DNA of 64,000 nt from positions 1 through 64,000 of the forward strand of contig JYFJ02000699.1 in the NCBI GenBank assembly GCA_000934665.2, in the 5' to 3' direction. The position numbers and the translations under genes are program-made. This document shows, piece after piece, positions 1-14,592 of this stretch. Origin of the DNA: Catajapyx aquilonaris. Its lineage: Eukaryota. Within the stretch, counting starts at the first letter, position 1, and each line of letters opens with the position of its first letter. The notes under the pieces are model-generated. The model saw only the letters and a list, made by a program, of their open reading frames with translations. It was not told the origin of the DNA and did no database searches.

Positions 1-2721
1 TTCAAGGTGACTACGTCGAAAAGTCTTAATAAAATTTTGACCATCAAACATGTCTTTCAACATCAGGCTCAGAACTTATTGGACGGCCCTCGTATATAAA
101 AAGAGAGAGAACCTGGCCGTTAATTCAGTGTCCTTTTGTCGGGGTCCCCCGCCGAATCTGAACTGTATTGAAAACTTTGTCAATAAAACCTGGACGACCG
201 ACCATAAAACCAGTTTAATGCACATGTTCTTGTATCTCCAACTGTAAAAGCTCCTGTCGTTCGCTGGGGGGGGGGGTTCACACACAAAAAAAGCGAACTT
301 TTTTTAAACCAGGTTTCAATGACACAATTGGCGTTACGAGAATGATGTAAAACGGTTTGCGGTTACACTTCCAATTTTACACCTGTCTACACCTCGCATA
401 CGTCTCAACCCAACTTTGACATGTGGAACTAAACCCAGGCTGAACATCCCGAATTTTCCGGAGGGGGGGGGGGGGGGGCTAATTCCTGTTCCCTTGTTTT
501 TCCGGGGGGGACACTCTATTTATATTTTCTACTCTCCCTGCAAATTGTTTATCCTCGCTTTGTTGTTCCTATGCTGCGACCCAATCCGAATGGCAGAGAG
601 TGTCAGCACAAAATGGGAGAGGGTCTATCTTTCTAGACACACACTACTGTAACTCGAATATCTACGGATCTCATTTTCTTAATGACCTGACTCGCTAGGA
701 AATGCTGAAAAAAGTGTGCCTCTCAGCAGTTTTCAAGTTGGACCTGCTGAGCTTTAATTAAGATATGGTTTATATACCCTCTCTCTCTCCCCCTCCTCCT
801 CACCCATTCTCGCTAATTACTCTTACTGAATCCTATAATATGCAAATAAAACTCTATAGTTATGCAGATGGGCGGGTTTATCTGACTTGTAAGTAACGGA
901 TTTTTCGTTAATTGACATAATTACACATAATTGACATCGAGTAATCTCGCGAGAAAAATGCAGATTTGAAAATTTCGCTCACGTGCTATGTGAAATGTAA
1001 TTTATATGTATACGGATTTTGATGCGGGGGGGAAATTAAGCTCCTCTATTTTGCAACATTTGCCCACTAATAATATGCAGTTGTAGTCTGGTCCCGATGG
1101 TTAATGTTGGATGGGATAATGACATTAATCCGTAGTTAGTACACAGTGTGTCGCGAATTTTAATTGGCGTTTGATTCCAAAGCGGGAGTTGGGTTGTACT
1201 AAACAGAGAAATTATTCCTCTTGGAAAATTATGCGGCTACAAATTAATCACAGGTGCTATTCTCTGAAGTGACGTACTCATCACGGGCCGTTAATTTATT
1301 TATTTACCATGATATGCCACAAATTTATGCCGACCAATTTAGAGCCACTGTTGAGCTAAAATCACTGATCAATTTTTTTTTTGCCAGTGGATAGATTGCC
1401 CTTAATAATTCCAGGATAATTTGCCCTTTCATGTTGATTGCAATGGATCCGTGGAATGTATTCACAAAGTAAACTAGTGGCCTCTCATTTCCTTTTCTAT
1501 TCAGAATGTAATACCGGTATACATACCATAATATCTCTCTCGGTGCGAGCAATGACTCGGTGAAGTCTAGTCTTTCGATTGAATGTCAAGAGTCTTCGGC
1601 CCATCAAAAATTCCTTCAGCGTTTACAAGGATGGCGGTGAAGTAAAGACGAAAAAAAAAATGAAGTTTCTTTCCTGGGTGTGCTCTCTTCTCCCGCAGAT
1701 TTGACCTTGTCACTTTTTATTTTGAATTGATGAAAAATTGTCCGTTATTAAGACTGTCACGTCCCTCGCTCCGGCTCCCGAAAGGGAATGAAAAATGTCA
1801 CCTGCGAGTGACAATGAACTCGCTCGGAAACTCCTTCGCCAAAGGATTAGAAGGGCCTTGCGGAATTCCAAATCCTGCTGGCAGAAAAAGAGACGCCGAA
1901 GGAATAAGAGGAGGGGGGGGGGGAGTTTGGGGAGACAGAAGAAGTGGGGGGGAGGGAGACAGATTAAACTCCCCCCCCCCTCCTTCCCCCATCTTTTAAA
2001 AAAAATTCGGTAAGATAAAACTTTTTTTTCTGTCTCTTTCCGACCAAAAACTTGATTATGCACCCTCGCCAACATGATGACGGGTCAGATAAAACAATAA
2101 AGATACGGAATCAACGTCAGTGCGAAAAGAGGGGGCTGTAATTTCCAGTAATTTCTTCAGCTCCACAAATCCTTCCCTGCATGCGAATGACCAGACTTTT
2201 TTTTTGTTGTTGGAAGGGGAGAGTGTTGGAGAACTTGAGTTCGTCAGGAAAGAAGAGGAAGAAGAGGAGGGGAAAAAAGGGTAATGAAGAGAAAAATCCA
2301 GATCACGTAAACATTTGCGCTAATGACTTGAACGATCACGTGCTTTCAGATTGTAATAAAATTATACGACACGTTTAGGCGCTGGGCATTTGCTCAATAC
2401 TTTTTTTTTTGAGGCGAAGTGTGGGTCGGAATACTTGGTTCAAATATCAATTATGCTTCCATTCACTGCAATTTAAAAAAAAAATTGACACAATGCATCA
2501 CACGCTAAAAATATCTGCCCGCAGTCTGATTTCGCAACACAATGACAGCCAAATTGTGCAGTCATTCCGCCCAATCCGATACAACAAAATTGACACAAAA
2601 AGTTTTTAACCACCCCCCCAATCATCTCCTTTAATCCAACCCACATTGCTGCACTCCCCAAAACAACATGGGTGCAAAATGAACACAAAAACTGAATTTG
2701 ATTTTCCCTCCCATCAGTTGT

Positions 2722-2728
2722 TCTCTCT

Positions 2729-2791
<63 letters not shown>
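2722..2791. repeat. (CT)n microsatellite
   Basis: Direct reading. Confidence 0.95.
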
Positions 2792-2794
<3 letters not shown>

Positions 2795-3194
2795 GCATCA
2801 TTTTCCCCAATCACAGATGACAATAGTTGGCGATCATGGCAGCACGGCCCACCGATCAATGTTGGCCCAACAACGCATGAAGCCAATGCACAAGCCTGAT
2901 TATGAGAATTCATAAACGGAGGGTGGAATGCAATTGTGGGCAGCCGGAGCTTCCACAAAGGCCCGCAAGCAAGCTCATTCCGCTCTGATTGATCAGTACA
3001 CATAATTAAGCGCCGCCAGTTGGCGCAATATCTCAAGGAAAGTCAGACGTGACTCACTCCCTATGGGTATATACCACCACAATGAACTTTGCATTTAAAT
3101 TAGTCGCACGTTTCGGTGCTATACAAGGCGAATCAGCGCATATGTTGCATAATAATGCAACGTATTTATTTTTTTAAAAAATATTGGCATTATT

Positions 3195-3295
3195 ACATTT
3201 CAAGTTTCAGTCCTCTCAGAGATGTGGAAGTGGGTTAGGTAGCCCAGACAAACATACAGATATGTACAAACTTTCATGTTTATATAAGTATGAAT
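3195..3295 (-). mobile_element. Helitron-family fragment
   Basis: Shared core GAAGTGGGTTAGGTAGCCCAGACAAACATAC. Confidence 0.5.
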
Positions 3296-6200
3296 ATAAA
3301 ATTAATATAGCGCCACGCCCAATTTTCGCAGGCGATTTCTCCCTAGATCCTAATGAAGGAATTTTGCATGGTGAGGTGTGCTTTATTAGAGCAATGTCAC
3401 GATGGCTTGAGGTGAAATTAATTCCGGCTGCGTCATCTGAACGTGATCGATTGCTCTTTCACCCAGCGCCTAGTTTGCCCATCAATCGTTTAGCACAACT
3501 TAGATGTAATTAAATCGGATTGATTGGAACTATTTATGGTCGGCGGCAATCACGAACAAACCTGCCAACGTCCTATGCTGTCCACGGTTTTAATTTGGGG
3601 GCTGGCCTCCCCAAAAAACCGGGACTCAATTGCTTCCCAACATAAAATGCGTTCAGGCGAGCATATATTTTGCACACTTTTTTTTTTGCTGCAACATAGC
3701 CTGCAGCCGTTTTCGACGCCGCACAAATCACGGAATTATCAGCCCATTATTAATAACAATAACCAATGGGCGATAGTAAAACCCAAATTGCGTGCCATCT
3801 CATGGAGCGTCACTGCATTTGCGCCGCGCCCAGAGTGTCAACCCCAGTGATATTGGCTGTCAGTGAAAACAAGTCAATCGTAACAGCTGTCAATTATATC
3901 GGCTGATCATTTTTAACTGAAATTTCCAGCCCATAACGAGTTGGCTATAGCAATCAGCCTCTATTTATAAAGGACAAAACTTTCCTTCCAGTTTTCATCT
4001 TACGATTCAGCTTCCATTCCGGAAGAGAACTCTCCGCCAGTTGTATACAAACCCTATATGCTTCTGCAGATGTACAGTGCAGAACACACACACAAAAAAA
4101 TTTGATATATAAAAAAAGAAAAGTAGTAATGCATTCGGCCTGTTTCTGGCATATCTCAACTCGTTCGTTTCAGCTCACAAGTGGGTCGGTCAAGCGTTTC
4201 CAAGACGCTTCGCCAGAAACTGAAGCAAACTTTTCAAGCTACAGAAAAAGGAAAGTCGCGCACAATTCCCGGATAGAAAGAGAAAAAGGCTGCTTCGAAA
4301 GAGTGTACATTTGGACGAGCAAACATATCGACACTTGCACGAACACGTCTTGTGTAAACCACATGCATTTTTTATCCAGGGCTTTCAATCACGCTTCTGC
4401 AGATGTTCAAAAAATAGCAGACATCTTCCACCTTTTTTTTTTTTTTTGGTGTCGAGGCATAGAGAAATGTAGGTGACGTTTGACCTGTGAGGTCACGTTT
4501 GCAATCGCGAGCGGCACCTGCACGCAATTCTGAAAAAGTGTCGTGTGCTATGCCTCGACTTCAAGAGACGTTGGCCCAGGACTCCTTTCGAAAAAATCAA
4601 GGGGAGTTCCGGATCAGCATTCTCGACTTTTTTTCCTCTCTCTCTCTCTCCGGGAATAAAAACCGTATCTGACTGCCAAAATCACGCTCTGTTGCCTCCG
4701 AGTCCTCCAGCTGTCCCTCTTGCATGGCCATCATTCACGCAGACTCTTTGGGAAAATCGACAAAGAGAGGCTCTTTTTCCGGAACCTTCCCTTCCGCCAA
4801 TGCGACACCTACTTACGACCACACATTTTCCAGAAATAACCTCGCTTGTTTCGTCGACAATTAAATGCGAATGTCAATTACTGTAATAAGGATCTGTCAG
4901 TGTGTCGCTTCTAATTAGACGCGCGTTTTAAATATTTGAGTAGGCCATTTATCAAAATCAGGTTGTCTCATGGTGTCTCAAGTGTGTTAATTTGTGGTTA
5001 CAATTCATATGTCCAATATATGTAAAATTTTAGCAATTCGTATGGGCTAGATCACCTGGGATGTGACAAGCTTCAGAAAATCATGTTTTCTGAAAGTTTC
5101 GTACTGAAGAGTTGATATTGACCCACTCATTTTGACTATTTCAGATTCTTTTCCAACGTGTAACAATATCCGTTTACTTTTATTCCTGCAATGTAATCTC
5201 CTCTTTTTTTAAAAAAATCCGAACAATTCGTCCCACGTTAGCATCGCCTTTTGAGTTCAATTTCCTGTACATGGCCTGCCTTCAAGTGACATGCACGGCC
5301 CTTTACATGCTTCGTGTCTGTCTCTAGTGTCCCCGCCTTGTAAGAGCCAACGTTATAGCCTCTTTTTTGGGGGGCGACGATAGTGTGTTGCTGTACTAGC
5401 CCTATAAAAACTGGCATGGGCCAGCTTCCGTCCAATGGAAAAGGGGGGGACTCTCGCCCGGTGGCCCCTAATGGATTGTTTTCCTAGTCATAATAGTCAC
5501 GTCCTCCGGTAATGAATCACGTAAGGAGAGGCCTCGTTTTATCCGGGCAACCTTTCTATTTTCGTCTCCATTGATTCAAAGCATTCCGCTGAAGCCATTA
5601 GAGAGCTTGAAGAGAACTCTGACCCAGTTTATTCCAAAACCTAACTTTAAACGCGTGACTAAATCACACGTTCTTGAATATCACCATACAGTGATGCCAG
5701 ATGTCCACAAATTTCTATGATTACCAGCTTCTCCATAAAGTAGCATAGCATCAGCATGACCTTCAGCAGTAGTACAAATGGGCCTGATTTTTTTTGGATC
5801 TTTCCGTCACGTTTTGCCACAGGCCTGTAGGTGGTGGTGGCACGTCCACCCACCCACCGAAAAAAAAGAGGACCCAGGGACACTAAAATTGTATCGGATG
5901 TGCAGGTCACGCCCGACAGGAGTCCCGCATCATGGTCCCTCCCATTCCAGGATTGATCTCCCAAAGGAGGCCGAGACTCCATGTGCATCATGCTGGTGGT
6001 CCAAGGGAAAGGGGGAGGAGAGGATGTGATGTGATGGGGGCGGAGGAGGAGGAGGGGGAAGACAACTCCTTACAGTATCACCAGGACGTGACTCTAGACG
6101 AATTTACACAGACCACGGAATTTGCAGGGAAGGCCCTTGATTTGTGGAGGGTCACACAACTTTCGGGAGTTTGACTGAACAGCGGTCAAAAGACACAAGG

Positions 6201-6761
6201 ACCTCAGACGACACGCTACGGTGATTTTCCCCACTCTAAGTACTCTAAGGCAAAAGGTACATAGTCTTACGACTAGCTCTAACATGGCTGCATGGCTCAT
6301 ACTTTTTTTGAAAAAAAAAAAAAAAATGCCCACATCCCGAGACTCCAAATAAAATGTCAACACTTGTAATCCTCAACCTCTCTATATGAAACCTCTCCTC
6401 AGCTTTTAATGAGAGCACATACTTATTGCGAGTGTGTATGAAACTCCAAACCCTGTGAAGGTGAAAGGGAAGCCCCTTATGATGTAGTTTCCCTTTCCAC
6501 TAATGATGCCAACCAGCACGTGTTGGCAAAATGAGTCCCCCCCCCCTCCTTCCAATAAGTGGCATTCGGCAGACCTCCCTTTAAAATCAGCGCCCTTAAT
6601 GCCATCCCAATTAACGCAACTCGTAATGATGGCAACTCTAGCTATATACCAATCCCAACATTTTATTTATTTATATGAATATTAAACCTTGGCTTATTAT
6701 GGAATTAGCAGAGGCATAGAATGGGTACAAACTAACTAACTTTGCCTTTTATACACGCAGA

Positions 6762-6960
6762 CTAGCAGGGCGATTGATACACCAAACATCTATAAAAACA
6801 AAAAATTTAAAATTTTGCTATTTCGACTTAAAAAATTGCAGTTTTCGGACTTTTTCCTGAATAAACGGCAGGTTTTAGTACTCTCAGTACTCTGAAAGTG
6901 GGTTAGGTAGCCGTGACACACATAAACACCAACAAACTTTCCAGTTTATATCATGTAAGA
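6762..6960 (-). mobile_element. Non-autonomous Helitron, same family as 15755-16026
   Basis: Minus strand starts A|TCTTACATG, has the core GGCTACCTAACCCACTTTCAGAGTACTGAGAG, ends CTAG|T. Confidence 0.7.
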
Positions 6961-7864
6961 TTATCAGAGATCAGAGTTGCTCTCTTTACATATCAATCCT
7001 AGAAGAAGAAAAAAACTCTTAGGACACCCAGTAGATAAAATGTGGTCAGTCAACCCAGACTATGAATCTCATTTTTTTTTTTTTTTTTTTGCAACTTCAT
7101 CCCTTGATCCCTGGCGAGGCATCCATGTTGAATTTAATGACAGTCCGACATGGGAGGTTTGCCGTACCTCTCTCCAAATGACCTCATCCCGAGGGGTTAT
7201 TATGCGCCTCCAGTCACTATCCCACCTCTCGTAAACTCCCTGGAAAAGAGAGGTCCCTGGCAAAGATATGTAGATCATATACCAACCCGCAACGTCGTCT
7301 AGAAACTGGTATCGCTTTTTGCAAGAACTATAATCAGCATGGGGAGGCTGACCCCCTTGGTTTATGACGTGATGAGTGTGGCTGCGGAATTGTTAATAAG
7401 TGAAGGGGTAGGGAGGGGAGGGGGGATGTGGTCGTTACTCTCCGGGGGACAATATTTATTAAATGAAAATTACGGTTCCGGTTAGGTATTAAACGTTATC
7501 GCCAATTACTGCCTATTGAGGCTGACGTTTATACAGTGGGTAGTTGGGAGGCAGGTGAATTCGGGCGCCGCACTTTAATGATAGTTGAGGTGGATTCTAA
7601 CGCGGTTAGTTGCCACGTCCATCGCAATTACTTATACATATGTGAGGATCAGCTCTGCGGGTTAGGGGCCGGGAAACCGCACAGGGCATGTATGTATAAT
7701 GGCCGTTTGTTGCTGATGAACCCAAAGCGTTCCTGGCATTCAACAGCGCATTATTCACTGAATTACAATTAATGCTCGATCATGCCCGGGAAAACACCCG
7801 CGTCACATAAACTTTGATTAGTCCACGCATGCATCGGCAGGAGGGCCATCTTGACAGGGGTGGC

Positions 7865-9017
7865 CAGACGGCGCGGCGACTGTAAACTTGCTATTAATAA
7901 CCGCTACTTTGAAATAGTGGCTACTAGTGTCCGGGCCAAAAATTACGGCGATTTAAAAATAACTGTTATGCCATTTAGGATGTATATTTTTTCATGCATT
8001 GCAGAAAATCCACTGCTATTTTTTTTACACACCGACATAATAGCAGTTGCTCAATATTTGTCCCACCCCTTAATGTCAACCCCGACCCGACCCAAGCCAG
8101 GGGTGACTAGACCCTGACTTTTATCCCGCTATTCGTAACCGCTACTTAAAAATCACCGTTACTAGCAGCAGGGTCAAAAATAACGGCGATATAAAAATAA
8201 CGGTTATGCCGTTTCGAAAATGTATTTATCTTTTCTGATGCATTGCAGCAAAGTTCACTGATATTTTTCACACACCTACATAGTAGCTAGTAACAGTTAC
8301 CCAATATTTTTTGTCCCACCCCTTAGTGTTAACCCCGGCCCGAACCGACCCAGACGGCGAATTTTAACCCGCTATCAGTAACCGCTACTTTGAAATAGAG
8401 GCGACCACTAGAGAGGCCAAAAGTTACGGCGATTTTAAAATAACTGTTATTCCGATTTTTGTGTACATTCCATTGCAGCAAAGTTCACTGCTACTTTTCA
8501 CGCCCGTATATAGAGTAGCAGTTGTACAATATTTGTCCCACCCGTTAGTGTTCAACCCCGGCCCGACCCGACCCAGACGGCGAATTTTAACCCGCTATCA
8601 GCAACCGCTACTTTGAAATAGCAGCTACTACTAGTGAGGCCAAAAGTAACGGTGATTTTAAAATAACTGTTACAACGATTTTTAATACATTGCATTGCAG
8701 CAAAGTTCACTGCTATTTTTCACGCCCATACAGAGTAGCAGTTGTCCAATATTTGTCCCACCCGTTAGTGTTCAACCCCGGCCCGACCCGACCCAGACGG
8801 CGAATTTTAACCCGCCATTAGTCACTGCTACTTTGAAATAGCGGCGACTACTAGTGGGGCCAAAAGTAACGGTGATTTCAAAATAACTGTTATCCCGATT
8901 TTTTAATACATTGCATTGCAGCAAAGTTCACTGCTTATTTTTCACGCCCATATAGAGTAGCAGTTGCCCAATATTTGTCCCACCCCTTAGTGTCAACCCC
9001 GCCCCGACCCAAGCCCG
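7865..9017. repeat. Tandem array, 5 copies of a 220-243-bp unit
   Basis: CCGCTACTT anchor at 7901, 8139, 8382, 8605 and (as CTGCTACTT) 8825. Confidence 0.9.
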
Positions 9018-10225
9018 TAACATTTTTACACCGCGCGTGTGTGACCTCCTGTGGGAGCTGCATTCCCTTTAATTAATGGACGATTAGCCCTTTGGGAAGC
9101 GGTCAGGGCCGGGCCATTCGTCAGATGTAGTGGGACAGCCAGGTGACCCTAAATCTCCGGGGCCTGTCAAAAGGAGTGCACGTTCATTGCATGCGAGGGT
9201 ATCACTTTTCAATAAAGGCATCGAGGCGGGGGCCCTCCCCAAAAAAGGGGCCTCCGAAAAAAAAAAAAAAACCCTTCCCAAAAAGGGAGCATTTGCATGC
9301 AGCTCGGAACACACCCTGAGTAAAACATGCCTCCCATTTTGCGGGGAGGGGGAGGGGGGGTTAGAACGTTAAGAGTCGAGAGAGGAGGGGGAAGGAGGGG
9401 GACAAATAAATTTTTAAAGAAATTTCATTATTTCCTCCCCATTTTCCTCCCTCCCCATGGCCAGCAAGCGGAACAGTTTGGCATAGTAAGCAGGGCCTTA
9501 TCCATATATATACCTAGCTTATCTCAAGATTGGGATAAAAATGGCGCTACCTCATCACTCCTGGTATCTGAGCGATTTCGCGCGATTTCGCACCATCTGC
9601 TGCGTCAAAAAAAAACAAAAATTCACGAATATTTTTTCAATCGGTACTTTTTTTTCGCATTATTTGCGAAATTGGATCAGGACATAAAATTTACCTGGAT
9701 GGCCCAAAATTGCGCTTCATTACAAGGACCCCAAGCGTTGCGGTGCGGTGAAGTCGGATTTATTACGCCATTACAGAACTGGAAGGCATTTAACGCTTAC
9801 TGAGAAGCCTGGAATTTTCTGCTACTGTAAATGCGGCGCGTTTTCCAAAGTCCGTAAATCTGGAGATGGGGGGGAGGAAGGGGGGTGTTAAGGGTAGAGG
9901 GTTTGCGCCTCAAGATTACTGATGATCTCCGGAAATTTCAGCACTTGCGCAGACAGCTAGTCATAAATCTAAGGGAATGTCATTAATTTTCGTCGGTAAA
10001 AAAAAGGTAAATATTTTTGTCATCTCCAGAGTGCTGGAACGTAAATAACTACTTTGCAGAGATTGACTTCAGATGGAGCGCATACTAATGCCAAGCATAA
10101 AATATTTCTAAATTTAATTTTTGCACATAATTTGCTTATTTCTGCAAAAAACTCATATCGGCTGACCGAATTTGGCAGGGGTATAGGAGCATGCTGTACC
10201 AACCTACCCCATCACGACCTAAATT

Positions 10226-10310
10226 TACACCCCTGTCTTCAGCGGACACACCCCTATCTTCAGCGGATACACCCCTGTCTTCAGCGGATACCCACCTATC
10301 TTTCAGCAGA
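10226..10310. repeat. 21-bp tandem repeat, about 4 copies
   Basis: ACACCCCTRTCTTCAGCGGAY recurs. Confidence 0.75.
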
Positions 10311-13300
10311 TACAAAAGTAGGTAAAAGTGCGGCGGGTCTCCCGAAGTGAAAGCGTAGCCTTTTTTTGAAACACTATAGCTTATTGTTGCAAACGTTGTT
10401 CACGGCTCCTAAAAGCTTTGTCGTTTATTACCCCAAAAAAGTGCATCAGTGGCTGATTATATCTAATTACAGGACAAACTGAGCAATTAATGCGCCATCG
10501 CGGTCAACGTAACAAGTTTCGCTCAGATGCACTGCAACTAACATTATTCAAGGTTTCTCGTCCAGGTCGGGGCGATTCAATTTTGCAAACCTCCCTCCCT
10601 CTAGTTTAACGCGATTTTAGGCGTCCAACACTCTCCGGATTATATTATTAAAAGCAAAGTACGTGTGGAAATGACCTTGAGGGTATCCTGAACGGTCCGC
10701 TAACCAATTTGGGGGCTCGGGTTGTCACGCCATGGTGGCCGCATGCATTCCAGGGGCAAGGCCCGTGGCAAGCCAACAATAAAGCAATAACACTCCGCAG
10801 TGCGTCTGACCATACCATCAGGCGACACGGAAAATTATTCGCCTCTGGTTGTAAGGCAATCTCCAACCTTAATTGCATTACAAGTCCACAATGGATTTAC
10901 CACCACCACCACCACCCCCAAACAGCTAACCAGGAATGATCCGCCGGAGCAAATAAGAAGAAGAGAAGGAGGCCAAAAATCTTCTCTCTCTCTCTCTCTC
11001 GAGATTGTCCGGAAGAGCACAATCAATCAGCTGGGATGTCACTTCTTGCTTAATTATGTAGACTTTGCCCGCGATTTGCATACTTTCCGCGGCGACAACG
11101 TAATGACGGTGTTGAGACGAGATTTAATGCAAACGCGATGAGCATAACGAATTGGATGATTAGCACTCTTCTTCGCCTGCGAGGCTGTTGGCGACGTTAT
11201 AATTTTTTTGAAAATCGTAAAACACATGATTTAAGCTCGCAGTAATTAACTACGTGTGCTGCAAGTATAGGTCATTTTTTTGTTAAGAAAATTGAGCACA
11301 AAGTTTTTGCAAATTTATTTTCCACACTATATGTCCAAAGAATGTCTAAAATGTATGAAAGAAAAAAGTTTAAAATTATTTGGAAAAATATTGTTAGGGA
11401 CAAAAACGTATGGCACAGTAAATGTAAAACGTTAGAAGTAAAAGTTACGTTCATTTCGAAGGATCCTGAAGTGGCAAAACAGGTTTCATGGCCCCCATTT
11501 TCTTCTCCTGGAAAATTAGCCACAGCTAGCCCATTATGGCCCACCATTTTGTTCAATGTCCTGGAAAAGAACTATTGTCTCATTAACAGACATTACAGGG
11601 TGGTCCAGTTCCACAGGGGGGGACTGTTATGTACTGTTTACTTCTATAATAATCAGAGAGAAGCAACAATCGTAAGCAACAATTATTAGGCTCACTCTCA
11701 GAATTTACTTCTCTTAATATTATTATTTGCTATAATTGTTTTAATATAAGCTAGAAAGTTCCGCAAATTGTCGTCAACTTGTGTAACAACCAGAAGCAGT
11801 ATACTGTACTCCCCCCCTTTTTTATAACGGGCCTCGAAATCTGCTGAAAATTCTCATCATGACACCTTCAACAGTCTCCAGACATTTGTATCGCGCGCAT
11901 TTAGAGCCCAGAAAAGAGGAGCCGTAAAAGGTCTTTGGCGCCACAACAGAAAGAGGAAGAAAGCTGTAAAAGATTGCAGAAAATTTACCGCCTCCGGCTT
12001 AAATGGGCACCTCCTCGTGCCAGGGCCATTTGAAGGAAAAGAGGGGGGGGGGGGCTTGGTTTTTGCCCAAAAGCTTCCTGCTTCCTACCCCAAAGATACG
12101 ACTAATGGAGGCAAAGCATAACTGTCCAGCACTGATAAAAGAGATTGGCCGATGTGGGGATGGGAGGGGAGGAACAATTTTTTCTCCGGAAATGACTCCA
12201 TAGTTGCTCAGAAAACTTTAGATATACGTTGGCGCTTCCCGTCTCCCATTAATTAGCTCGCAAAAACTTCTAAACTCCGAGTAAAAATTGCATTGTACTG
12301 TCCCTCCTAATTATTTGTGGAGAAAATCACCATTGTTATTAAGTGGATATCCGGTCAGAAGTTTTTTTGGGGCTGGTCCTCATTTTTTGGGGGGGCCTTA
12401 TATTTCCCCAAAGCCTGAAGGTGGGGTTTGGCTAGAAAGGAAATGAATAACCGAAACCCCTTGGAATAATAGAAGCCAGGCAAAAGGGGAGGGAGATCTC
12501 TACTCCCATTATTGGAAGCCCCGCGGGCGCAGCATAAACTTGTCCCATTATTCGCCGCCTCAATGCAATATACTATACACTCCTATAGGCCTCACCTCTG
12601 CTTGCTCTCTGGTTTTGGGAGGGGCCAAAGTTTAAACCAGTCGATCAGGAAGCGAAGGCATTTTGCTCTTGCAGATTAGTTTTCCCACGGGCGATCTCTG
12701 CTAACAGTGCAGATGGATGCAAAGGGTTTTTCGGAGCAAACAGAGGTTACAACAATACGTTAAGCTTAGGGCCTCCGACTGACTGTCCAGGTAGTACCAC
12801 ATCCCACACATACATGGCACGCTACTGATCGTCTCAGGGTCGTACTGTATATAATATACATGAATCTAGCAGCTTCTTCGATGTTTATATGTATCAAAAT
12901 GGCATTATGCAAACATGAGCCTTCAGTAGGTCAAAATATGCTGGATAATTTATTGCGGCTAATATTAAGCGGCGGCTATCAAAATTATGCAGATGCAATT
13001 ACATGTGAGCGAAGTTTGCTTAACACACAGCATTTCATGCAAAATTATTGCGTAAGGTAATGTTTTGTACATTATTCAGTAAACGCCTTTTTTTTGAACG
13101 CAATTTTTATGCAAGGCAAAAATGTCCACAGTAATAATTTCCATTGCCCGTAAAAGTACACTATGACATGAACATACTGACCACACATCAGTTCCATCCT
13201 TCTCGCAAAATGTTATGTCAAAACGAGAATGTTAGCCCAAGTATTTGAACCTAATGCACTGAAGAAGTTCGTCAGAATAATTATGAATTTATGGTGAGAA

Positions 13301-14505
13301 TGGACAGTTGCGATAATCATAACTCGTAAGACCACCCCAAATTACCCTCACATCAAGATCTAATTCATTCTGCCTACTTACCCCCCAAAAACGCTAACAA
13401 GTCCATTTAAACGCCACGTCTCATCCGTGTGTACCCACATACCCGCACACAAAAAAATCCGGTAATAATAATAATAATGATATAAAAAAAAACCCAGATG
13501 CATTCAGCAACGAGAAAAGGATCAGACAAAAAGCTCCACCGTAGAAACGTGTGATGGATGGAGAAAATGGCGTAAAAGTGTCAGGCCTCATTCTCCTTTT
13601 AATAAATAATATTTCCGCATAATAGAGCTACTTATGGAACACGGTGGGGGAGGGAAGGGGGGGAATGGAGAAATGGAGGCAAAAGAAAACTGAAGGGGGC
13701 TCACCATATACTCCCCCGACTGTGCAGAAGAGACGATGGAATTACAGACCCCGCTGCGAGAACCGACGACAAAGATTGATATCTTCTTTGTAAAAATACG
13801 CGCCTAATACACGCTCTAACAAACTTTTTTTTCCCCCTCCATCTTCTTCTTCTTCTTTCCCATAGCCCTAATCCCATCCTCCTTTTCCTTTACTCCATCT
13901 TCCGCGACCATTCCCATTACCGAGAGTATCATTGTGTCATTGTGTGCGGTGAAACTCGGCGAATTTATTTTGGCACGGGTTGAGCGCTTTAAAAAAAAAG
14001 AGGATCATGCAGGTAATTAATTGGTAAATAGGATGAAGTATTTTTGGGCTGGCAAAAATATTGGGGGACCAACATTTTGTTTAAATCAATTTTTGATAGG
14101 GCATCAGCAGTTCACATGTCGAGAGTCACTACTCGGCTAATTTGGCAACGGTACTTTTGGGATATTTAATGACGCGTAATTGCTTTTTCAGCGGTATGGC
14201 TATATTTTTAATTTGCAAAAATATTGCATGCATGCAACAGAAAATATGGATTTAACACTCGTTGGCATTCAAGTGTCACATACCTAAAAACACAATGTAT
14301 GAATGGTTATTTAACATAATATTGCTCAAAGGGAACTTCCGGATGGCATATAGTCTACACCAATAGTACCACATTTCTGTTATAAATATTACGGCCCAAT
14401 AGATAGACCTATAAATATTTGAAAAAAAATACGCAATTCATTCCCTATTAAAGAATAACTCAATCACGATATCCTCATAATCAGGTAAGTGAACCCTGAT
14501 CATTT

Positions 14506-14530
14506 TGATGATGATGATGATGCTGATGAT

Positions 14531-14592
<62 letters not shown>
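14506..14592. repeat. Compound (GAT)n(TAG)n microsatellite
   Basis: Direct reading. Confidence 0.95.

Noticed and set aside
2473..3036. 187-aa ORF with RERE repeat (similarly the poly-Leu ORF at 14438)
   Set aside because: Microsatellite translation with no domain or splice support
5780..6300. GC-richer coding-looking patches (also about 7100-7380, 15150-15530, 19400-19730, 31600-32150, 45400-45700)
   Set aside because: In-frame stops, no recognisable motifs and no consistent splice structure; may be decayed repeats but cannot be supported
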